A stretch of 53,737 nt of DNA from a virus (taxonomy: Duplodnaviria > Caudoviricetes): the IMG/VR virus record IMGVR_UViG_3300002092_000056, positions 1 through 53,737 of that record. One strand, 5' to 3'. The notes beneath the pieces are model-generated. The model did no database searches. It was not told the origin of the DNA and was given only the letters and a program-made list of their open reading frames with translations. Below are positions 44,458-51,588 of the stretch, piece after piece. Numbering within the stretch: the first letter of the stretch is position 1; each line of letters starts with the position of its first letter. A program made the translations under genes and the position numbers.

Positions 44458-44972
44458 ACAGGTGCTCCTTGTGCTGGAGGCGCAGCTGGCGCCGGGGCCA
44501 TGGGTGCAGGTGCAGGTGCAGAGCCCTTCTTCTTAGCCACGGCCTGGTTGAAATCTTCAGGGTTGACTTGGCTCATGGCTTGCTGCAGCTTTGACGTGTC
44601 GACGCCTTGCTCGCCCAGGTAGCGCAGAATCATGTCCTTCAAGGCCATCGCGATGTCCGACGGTTTGAGATCAATGTGCGCCGCCTCTGCAATGTCGGCA
44701 ACCTCTTGCAAAATCTTGGCCGCCAGCAAGGCGAATAGCTCGTCCGGCACTGAGCCCTTGGTCTTCTCATCCACCAGGGCGGTCATACTGTACGCGGTGT
44801 TGGACAAAGCCTCGACTGGGTCGCGAGACTTCTTCAAGCTGTCTGCAACATGCTTTGCGCCGCCGTTGCTGTAAAGCGCTTGCATTGCAAAAGTCAAAGC
44901 CGCTTTATAGGCCGGGTTCGAGTTGGCGTCAGGCGCCTGTTTCGGCATTTGGTTTTTGATCATTCCGGCCAT
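44454..44972 (-). CDS. Hypothetical protein of the ejection module
   Basis: 172 aa, AAGGA RBS, coupled. Confidence 0.65.
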   Translation of the reverse strand: MAGMIKNQMPKQAPDANSNPAYKAALTFAMQALYSNGGAKHVADSLKKSRDPVEALSNTAYSMTALVDEKTKGSVPDELFALLAAKILQEVADIAEAAHIDLKPSDIAMALKDMILRYLGEQGVDTSKLQQAMSQVNPEDFNQAVAKKKGSAPAPAPMAPAPAAPPAQGAPV

Positions 44973-44981
44973 GATAAATCC

Positions 44982-45791
44982 TTAAGTGTTCCAGAGTCGG
45001 GTACCGACGTTGGCGTTGTATCTGTTGCGGTTTTGATTGGCTACGTTTTCTGCAGCAGCGCCCTGGATCAAGCCGCCAGCAATGTTGGTTCCGGCCAAGA
45101 TGGCCATGCCTTTGCCGGTGGTTCCCAGACCGTTCCAAAAGCTTGTGCCGGTAGCCTGGTTCATGGCGCTATTGACGAGGCCACTGCCGCTGCTTGGCGC
45201 ATTGATTGCGTATGAAGGATTGAAACCGGCGGTTGGGTTGTAGCCGGGCATGCCTGGACCAGGCATGGCCGCGCCGCCAGGGGCCGCGCTGGCCGCAGTA
45301 TTTGCGCCCATGCCAGTGGCGTCATTGATGGCGCCTTGAACAAGACCTTGATTGGTTCCGGCATTGCCCAAAGCAGTGTCGGTCAAAGCAGTTGACTCCG
45401 CAGCGGGAAGCACGGAGCTGCCTTCAGCTATCGTGCCGGCAGCCGGAGCTGCGCCCGCGCCGGTTCCAGCCATATCGCCTGTTACGCTTTCAACACCCGA
45501 CAGGGTGCTACCCGTGCCGGCTTCAGTTGCACCGGTCAACCCCGCCCAGGCGTTACTGATCCCCGTCGCCGCGTTCGATAATCCCGCCGACGCCCCCTCG
45601 AAGAATGATCCCCCACCGGCAAGGCCTGCCTCACCAAAGCCGCCCATCAGGGCAGCGCCGCCAAAGTAGATGGCCGCACCCATGATCAGAGCCTTGCCCA
45701 AGCCGGAACTGGCAACGCTTTTGACGATGTCAGTCACGCCCTTCACGACACCGCTTATGGCGCGGCCGATCCCAGAAACAATACTGCTCAT
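44982..45791 (-). CDS. Gly/Ala-rich internal virion protein with hydrophobic helix
   Basis: Amphipathic N-terminus plus ALIMGAAIYFGGAAL segment; position like P22 gp7/T7 gp14. Confidence 0.6.
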   Translation of the reverse strand: MSSIVSGIGRAISGVVKGVTDIVKSVASSGLGKALIMGAAIYFGGAALMGGFGEAGLAGGGSFFEGASAGLSNAATGISNAWAGLTGATEAGTGSTLSGVESVTGDMAGTGAGAAPAAGTIAEGSSVLPAAESTALTDTALGNAGTNQGLVQGAINDATGMGANTAASAAPGGAAMPGPGMPGYNPTAGFNPSYAINAPSSGSGLVNSAMNQATGTSFWNGLGTTGKGMAILAGTNIAGGLIQGAAAENVANQNRNRYNANVGTRLWNT

Positions 45792-46234
45792 GATTCAATC
45801 CTTCTCAGGTAAGTAAGGGTCGTGCTCTCGCGTGAGAACCCGACTTTCTTCAAAAATTTAATGATGCGCGGATCAACTCCGGGCTCCAGGGAAAATACTG
45901 CAATCTTGATACCGGACCGGCTCTTGACCCAGGCTGCAAATTCGCGCAGCAAAGGAAGGCCAGCGCCCGGTACACGGGTGTAAAACAAAAGCACAGAACA
46001 CTGCATGCGCTCAAACCAAAAGCCTTGCTGCACACATGCCGCAACGGCCGCAACCACTTTGCCATCCGAGTCTTCTGCCACCCACATAAAGTGGGCCGGA
46101 TTCAAACAGACCTTTGCTGTTTCGGCCATTGCCTCACGCGAGATCTTGACCGGCAAGGGATCACGCGAAACCGACTCCACCGCGATGTCAACAATCGCGG
46201 GGACGTCAGTGAGTTTGGCTTTGCGAAAGATCAT
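45788..46234 (-). CDS. GNAT-fold protein of the virion module
   Basis: FRKA...DVPAI, WVAED.DGKVVA, GAG..LLREF..W, FLKKVGF. Confidence 0.7.
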   Translation of the reverse strand: MIFRKAKLTDVPAIVDIAVESVSRDPLPVKISREAMAETAKVCLNPAHFMWVAEDSDGKVVAAVAACVQQGFWFERMQCSVLLFYTRVPGAGLPLLREFAAWVKSRSGIKIAVFSLEPGVDPRIIKFLKKVGFSRESTTLTYLRRIES

Positions 46235-46239
46235 TCGTT

Positions 46240-49200
46240 TTAATAGCCGCCGTAGTTGTCGTAGGTGTTGTTGTCAGGAGGAGCAGAGGTAGTAGTCGCC
46301 GCTTTAGGCGGTGCTGCAATCAACGGCACGGTTGTATTTTGGAAAGCGTTTGACCATTTCAAAGTTGAGTTGGCTGTATCAATTACGTTTTGAATAGCAT
46401 TGGTTTTTGCCGTGCCATCCAAACTGCCATCGGCCTGAATGTTGTTTATCGCGGTCAGCGTGTTCTGTGCGGTCTGCAGCGCAAAGCCCTTGGACACGGT
46501 GGCCTGCTGAAATTGATTCTGCAAAGTCGCAATCGCAGTTTGCTGCGTGCGGTCCAGCCCGGCCTGGGTAGACTGGAACGACTGTTGCAAGCCAAGCAGA
46601 TCTTTGGCCGATGTGATCTGAGTGTTGGCAATGTTGGTCTGCTGAGTGCGATCCAAAGCTGATTGCGCAGTTTGAAAATCTTGCTGTGCTTTTTGCAAAG
46701 TGGACTGAGCCGTCAAGCTCTTGTCGGTAATCGCTGTCTGCTGCGCACGGTCCAGGGCTGTCTGAGCCGACTGGAATGTTTGCTGAGCAGTTTGCAGATT
46801 TGATTGCGCGGTTGTCTGCGCAGTCTGCATTGTGGTTTGCTGCTGACGGTCGAGTTCTGACTGGGCGCCGGCAAAATCCTGTTGTGCTTTTTGCAAAGCC
46901 TGCTGAGCGCCAATGCTCTTGTCGGTCATCGCTGTTTGCTGCGCACGATCCAAAGCGGACTGGGCGGTCTGGAACTGCTGCTGCGCGCCCTGCACGTCTT
47001 TCTGCGCAGTGATCTGCAAGTTGGCGATCGCGGTCTGCTGAGCCCGATCTAAGCCCGACTGAGCGCCGGCAAAATCCTGTTGTGCTTTTTGCAGCGCAGC
47101 CTGTGCGCCAATGCTCTTGTCGGTCAAAGCGGTTTGCTGTGCACGATCTAGCGCGGTCTGAGCCGATTGGAAATTTTGTTGTGCAGTCTGAACACCAGTT
47201 TGATAGGTCTGCTGTGAAGTCTGCAACGCTGTTTGTTGCGAACGGTCCAGCTCTGACTGGGCACCGGCAAAGTCTTGCTGTGCTTTTTGCAGCGCAGCCT
47301 GAGCGGCCAAGCTCTTGTCAGTTTGCGCGGTCTGCTGTGCACGGTCCAAGGCCGTCTGCGCAGCCTGGAATTGCTGCTGAGCGCCCTGCACATCTTTCTG
47401 GGCGGTGATCTGCAAGTTGGCGACCGAGGTCTGCTGCTGACGGTCAAGCTCTGACTGGGCACCGGCAAAGTCTTGCTGTGCTTTTTGCAGCGCAGCCTGA
47501 GCGCCTAAGCTCTTGTCAGTGATCGCGGTTTGTTGTGCGCGGTCCAGGGCTGTCTGAGCCGACTGGAATTGCTGTTGAGCGCCTTGAATGTCTTTCTGCG
47601 CGGTGATCTGCAATTGAGCGACACCGGTCTGCTGCTGACGGTCGAGCTCAGCCTGGGCACCAGAGAAGTTCTGTTGCGCGGTCTGCAAGGCTTGCTGGGC
47701 AGCCAGGCTTTTGTCAGTGATTGCGGTTTGCTGCGCACGGTCCAGCGCGGTTTGCGCGGCCTGGAATTGCTGTTGGGCGCCCTGCAGGGTTTGCTGTGCA
47801 GTGATTTGCATGCCGGCAACAGAAGTCTGCTGCTGACGGTCGAGTTCGGCTTGGGCACCGGAAAAGTCTTGCTGTGCCTTTTGAAGCGCGGCCTGCGCGG
47901 CCAAGCTCTTGTCGGTCGTTGCTGTCTGCTGCGCACGGTCCAGCGCGGTCTGTGCTGCTTGGAATTGCTGCTGCGCGCCTTGAATATCTTTTTGCGCAGT
48001 GATCTGCAGCTGGGCAACGCCGGTCTGCTGCTTACGGTCGAGCTCGGCTTGGGCGCCAGAGAAGTTCTGTTGCGCGGTCTGCAAAGCCTGCTGGGCGCCA
48101 AGGCTCTTGTCAGTCAAGGCTGTCTGCTGCGCGCGATCCAGCGCTGTCTGCGCGGCCTGGAACTGCTGTTGTGCGCCTTGCAAAGTCTGCTGAGCGGTGA
48201 TCTGCAAAGTAGCAACGCCGGTCTGCTGCTGACGGTCGAGCTCAGCCTGAGCGCCAGAAAAGTCTTGTTGCGCTTTCTGAAGCGCGGCTTGCGCGGCCAG
48301 GCTCTTGTCAGTTGTCGCTGTCTGCTGCGCACGGTCCAGCACTGTCTGCGCTGCTTGGAATTGCTGCTGTGCGCCCTGCAGGGTTTGCTGAGCTGTGATC
48401 TGCAACTGGGCAACGCCGGTCTGCTGTTGGCGATCGAGCTCGGCCTGAGCTCCTGCAAAATTCTGTTGCGCAGTTTGCAAAGCCGCCTGAGCAGCGATAC
48501 CTTTATCGGTCTGAGCGGTTTGCTGCGCACGGTCCAGCGCTGTCTGCGCTGCTTGGAATTGCTGCTGTGCGCCCTGCAGGGTTTGCTGAGCTGTGATCTG
48601 GACGACGTTTTGGCCAGCTGTGAATTGCTGTTGGCTTTCCTGCAAAGCAGTTTGTTGGCCACGATTCAAAGCCTGCTGAGCCGCGTCAAAGTTTTGCTGC
48701 GCAGTCTGCAAGGCCTGCTGAGCACCGATGCTCTTGTCGGCCAAAGCGGTTTGCTGGGCGCGGTCGAGCTGAGTTTGCGCAGCCTGGAAGTTCTGAGTCA
48801 GCTGGGCTTGCTGAGCCGTAAACGCCTGGGCGCCGGTCTGCAAACCAAATTGATTTTGCGCATTGGCATTGAACTGGCCGCCAGTGTTGATGGCCTGTTG
48901 ATTGGCCAAGGCCCGGTTGGCGTAGGTCGTTGCGTCGGCATTGGCGATTGGGACCGCCTTCTCCAGCATGGCAGCCACGCCAGCGCCCTGAGCCATGGAG
49001 CTGTTGACCAGGCCCCGCGCGGCCATGCCTTGGCTGGCCTGTGTGCGAGCCAGCTGCATGAGCTGGCTGTCTTTGGATAGGATGCTGCCCAGCTGACCAG
49101 CTGTGGTCTCTGTGGGCGCGTTGACGGTGCTTTGTTGGGTGCCGAACTGGGCAGCGGTGGCCGGGCTTGTTGCCGAGGCGTTTGTGGCGGGGATAAGGGA

Positions 49201-49326
49201 GCCCTGAGCTGGCGCCTGATTGACTGTTTGGTCAGCCCCGGTCTGCGGAGTTTGGCCGGCAGCCGCCCCGGCGGCGTCAGTTACGGCGGCTCCGGATTGA
49301 ATGTCGAAAGGGTTTGCTGTTGCCAT
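46240..49326 (-). CDS. Gln/Ala-rich hendecad-repeat virion protein (candidate DNA pilot/tube)
   Basis: 1028 aa; ARGLVNSSMA N-terminal motif; 66-aa (6x11) tandem repeats. Confidence 0.75.
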   Translation of the reverse strand: MATANPFDIQSGAAVTDAAGAAAGQTPQTGADQTVNQAPAQGSLIPATNASATSPATAAQFGTQQSTVNAPTETTAGQLGSILSKDSQLMQLARTQASQGMAARGLVNSSMAQGAGVAAMLEKAVPIANADATTYANRALANQQAINTGGQFNANAQNQFGLQTGAQAFTAQQAQLTQNFQAAQTQLDRAQQTALADKSIGAQQALQTAQQNFDAAQQALNRGQQTALQESQQQFTAGQNVVQITAQQTLQGAQQQFQAAQTALDRAQQTAQTDKGIAAQAALQTAQQNFAGAQAELDRQQQTGVAQLQITAQQTLQGAQQQFQAAQTVLDRAQQTATTDKSLAAQAALQKAQQDFSGAQAELDRQQQTGVATLQITAQQTLQGAQQQFQAAQTALDRAQQTALTDKSLGAQQALQTAQQNFSGAQAELDRKQQTGVAQLQITAQKDIQGAQQQFQAAQTALDRAQQTATTDKSLAAQAALQKAQQDFSGAQAELDRQQQTSVAGMQITAQQTLQGAQQQFQAAQTALDRAQQTAITDKSLAAQQALQTAQQNFSGAQAELDRQQQTGVAQLQITAQKDIQGAQQQFQSAQTALDRAQQTAITDKSLGAQAALQKAQQDFAGAQSELDRQQQTSVANLQITAQKDVQGAQQQFQAAQTALDRAQQTAQTDKSLAAQAALQKAQQDFAGAQSELDRSQQTALQTSQQTYQTGVQTAQQNFQSAQTALDRAQQTALTDKSIGAQAALQKAQQDFAGAQSGLDRAQQTAIANLQITAQKDVQGAQQQFQTAQSALDRAQQTAMTDKSIGAQQALQKAQQDFAGAQSELDRQQQTTMQTAQTTAQSNLQTAQQTFQSAQTALDRAQQTAITDKSLTAQSTLQKAQQDFQTAQSALDRTQQTNIANTQITSAKDLLGLQQSFQSTQAGLDRTQQTAIATLQNQFQQATVSKGFALQTAQNTLTAINNIQADGSLDGTAKTNAIQNVIDTANSTLKWSNAFQNTTVPLIAAPPKAATTTSAPPDNNTYDNYGGY
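46600..48800 (-). repeat. Coding tandem repeat, 198-nt unit made of 99-nt halves
   Basis: gtgat(c/t)tg recurs at about 48593, 48395, 48197, 47999, 47801, 47603 and 47405. Confidence 0.9.
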
Positions 49327-49342
49327 TATTGCTCCACGATTG

Positions 49343-49420
49343 AAAAAGCCGCATTAAAGCGGCTTCATGCGGGCGCACGGGCCCCGCCAGAATTTTATGC
49401 CAATATGCGCGTTTGCGCAA
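49343..49420 (-). promoter_or_regulatory. Late promoter, short leader and terminator
   Basis: TTGCGC-17-TAAAAT, then GGGGCCCGTGCGC, then AAGCCGC-TTTAAT-GCGGCTT-TTT. Confidence 0.7.
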
Positions 49421-49428
49421 ATCGGGTC

Positions 49429-49857
49429 TTAAGCGTAGGCGCGAGTGCCTGCTTTGTCGATGATCAGCTTGCTTTTACGGGCAGCGGTGGACACTGAGTT
49501 GGGCACGCTGATGTGAGTCCAACGATCAAACTCACGGATGACCTGGTCGTAGGCCAGGGGGCTGGCGATGATTGCTTTGACCACTTCGTCGGGCGTCATG
49601 CCCGGCACGCGGATGTCAGCCGCGCAACCGACTCGATGCTGGCTGGTGTCCTTGGATCCAACGGCGTCGTTCACTTGTTTGGACCTGAACGCGCTGTTGA
49701 CCATGATCGGCTTGCCGCCCAGGATCACTTTGACCTGCTCCAAGAAGTCGGCCAGACGAACCAGGTTGGCCAGCTCGTCGCCGTTGGGAGTGTTGTCAAA
49801 CTCGCGATGGTCTGTGTGCGTGAGCTCTTCAAGAGTGAAGTGTGGGGTAAGGTTCAT
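49429..49857 (-). CDS. Endolysin, peptidase M15 family
   Basis: LTPHFTLEEL, SAFRS..VN.AVG...SQH..G.AADI, DQVIRE..WTHIS. Confidence 0.92.
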   Translation of the reverse strand: MNLTPHFTLEELTHTDHREFDNTPNGDELANLVRLADFLEQVKVILGGKPIMVNSAFRSKQVNDAVGSKDTSQHRVGCAADIRVPGMTPDEVVKAIIASPLAYDQVIREFDRWTHISVPNSVSTAARKSKLIIDKAGTRAYA

Positions 49858-49859
49858 GG

Positions 49860-50321
49860 TCAGTGCTTGTGTGAGTTGCCAAAGTAGTACGACAGGATCA
49901 GCATGTTGGCTGCATCCAAAGAACCCAACATCCGTATCACGATCTCGCGCATGGCATCGGGAATGTTGTTGTTCAGCAGCAGAATGTTGACGGTCGCCCA
50001 AAGAATGAAGACACCAAGCGCCAGAGCAGGGGTGACCATCTTTGAGTACCAAGGTGCCGAGGCGCTGGTGGCGATGGACAACTCCCGATTACGGGCACTG
50101 TCTCGGTCAGCCGAGTCCAGCTTGGCGTATTCCAACTCTAAGTCAGCCAGCTTCTGCGCTGCTTGTGGGTCTCCTGCGATGGCTTTCGCCACGGCTTCGA
50201 CAGAATCAGATACGCCAAATTTAGAGGCAATAGCACTGACAGCAGCACCGCCCAAAGGGCCAGCAACGGCGGTAGCCAAAAGAGGCGCAGCGCCCCTGAT
50301 GAGAGAAAGTAGTTCATCCAT
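49860..50321 (-). CDS. Holin-like membrane protein
   Basis: AP.LATA.AGPLGG, DRDSAR.RE, two TM segments, YYFG.S; adjacent to the endolysin. Confidence 0.7.
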   Translation of the reverse strand: MDELLSLIRGAAPLLATAVAGPLGGAAVSAIASKFGVSDSVEAVAKAIAGDPQAAQKLADLELEYAKLDSADRDSARNRELSIATSASAPWYSKMVTPALALGVFILWATVNILLLNNNIPDAMREIVIRMLGSLDAANMLILSYYFGNSHKH

Positions 50322-50361
50322 ATTTGCCCCAGTTGTAAACTTAAAAAGTTTGGTTGTAAAC

Positions 50362-50853
50362 TTAACCCTTGAGTTTGTAAACAACAAATTCAAAAGTGCC
50401 CCAACAAATCAGGCCACCTACTATACACCCGCAAAATCCGTAAAACAAAATGTTGAGCGTCTCAGCCAGGTTTTCGCGCTTGAGCTTTTTGGCCTCTTCA
50501 GCCTCGCGCTCTTCGCGCCTGCGATTTGATTGGATCAAGTTGTACTCCGCTTGAATCGCTTCCCACACATCGCCTTGGCCCGAGTAGATCAGTTGCTCTT
50601 TGAGCTTCTTCTCTGCATCCCTGAGCGCCTTTGCTTGCATCACCGTGTCGAGGGCTTGCCCCATATCCGAGCGAGGCTTCTTGCCCTTGTCCTGGACCGC
50701 AGCCCTGGCCACCGTGTCCCGCATCTCAAAAAACTTGATGAGGTCACCACTGCACTCATGCAGGTCTTTCCCCATCTGAATCGCTTCTTGAACCCCTGCA
50801 ATCGTGCTCTTTGCGATGGCAAACGCGGCGCTGATGGTAATCGGGTCAATCAT
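50362..50853 (-). CDS. Coiled-coil membrane protein of the lysis region
   Basis: MIDPITI..., C-terminal TM segment. Confidence 0.65.
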   Translation of the reverse strand: MIDPITISAAFAIAKSTIAGVQEAIQMGKDLHECSGDLIKFFEMRDTVARAAVQDKGKKPRSDMGQALDTVMQAKALRDAEKKLKEQLIYSGQGDVWEAIQAEYNLIQSNRRREEREAEEAKKLKRENLAETLNILFYGFCGCIVGGLICWGTFEFVVYKLKG

Positions 50854-50984
50854 TTCTTTTCAACCTTTTTCCATTCAAGGCATTGGGCCACCTGGTACTT
50901 GTACTCGGCGTCCCACCACCAGATCCATCTGACGCATCGGTACTCTGCCGTGTCTATCAGCAGAGCAACGATGATCGATGTCAT
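50850..50984 (-). CDS. 44-aa peptide (YRCVRW...CLEW)
   Basis: ATGA overlaps at both ends; below the ORF-track cutoff. Confidence 0.55.
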   Translation of the reverse strand: MTSIIVALLIDTAEYRCVRWIWWWDAEYKYQVAQCLEWKKVEKK

Positions 50985-51214
50985 TTGTCTACTTTGTTGT
51001 CCAGCTTGTCAAAGATCTTTCCCAGCATTTCTTTGATCTCGCGCATGTCGTCGCGATAGTCATCGCGTGTCACATACGTTTTAGGCAGCTCTTCACGCAA
51101 CTTGGCCAGGTCCATTTTTAATTCCTTGACGGCCGCCCACAATTCGCGAGCAAACCAGCCAAGCACCGAAAAACCGATTGCCAGGGCCGAATCAATCAAA
51201 TGCTGAAGTTCCAT
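50981..51214 (-). CDS. TM plus coiled-coil protein (holin-like)
   Basis: GWFARELW...LPKTYV.RDDY...IFDKLDNK.DK. Confidence 0.7.
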   Translation of the reverse strand: MELQHLIDSALAIGFSVLGWFARELWAAVKELKMDLAKLREELPKTYVTRDDYRDDMREIKEMLGKIFDKLDNKVDK

Positions 51215-51244
51215 GAATTACTGCCTAAAAGTTGATGTGGTATT

Positions 51245-51568
51245 TTACGCGTTTGCCCAGGGCAGTGCTTGGCTTGATGGGCTCACAGGCGGAGTCACCA
51301 TGCTGTCGATCTGGCCTTGCACACAGGCTTGTGCGCTGGTGATCTGTTCGGCTGGAATCCAGCCAATGACTTGAGCTTGAGTCAGGTCTGCGTAGGGTGT
51401 GAAGCCCGCGCCTTGGGTGATGGTGAACTGGCTGTTGCCATCGATGGAGGCGGTGTAGGTGTCCTGTACTCCAGTGACTTCCCACATAGCGTTGACGACT
51501 ACATCCGTTTGGCCCTCAACTTGAGGAAGGGTATACATCGCTTTGATGGTTGTTGTAAAAGTTGTCAT
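51245..51568 (-). CDS. Tail-fibre-associated small protein
   Basis: DVV....W, FTPYADLTQAQVIGW, LPW; directly after the tail fibre. Confidence 0.7.
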   Translation of the reverse strand: MTTFTTTIKAMYTLPQVEGQTDVVVNAMWEVTGVQDTYTASIDGNSQFTITQGAGFTPYADLTQAQVIGWIPAEQITSAQACVQGQIDSMVTPPVSPSSQALPWANA

Positions 51569-51588
51569 GATATTTCCTTTGTAAAAAA

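Noticed and set aside
46600-48800. CRISPR-like or non-coding repeat array
   Set aside because: Repeats are contiguous, in frame and vary at synonymous sites, with no unique spacers; they are coding repeats.
47530-49080. 516-aa plus-strand Leu-rich ORF
   Set aside because: Antisense shadow of the CAG-rich repeat gene; no RBS or operon context.
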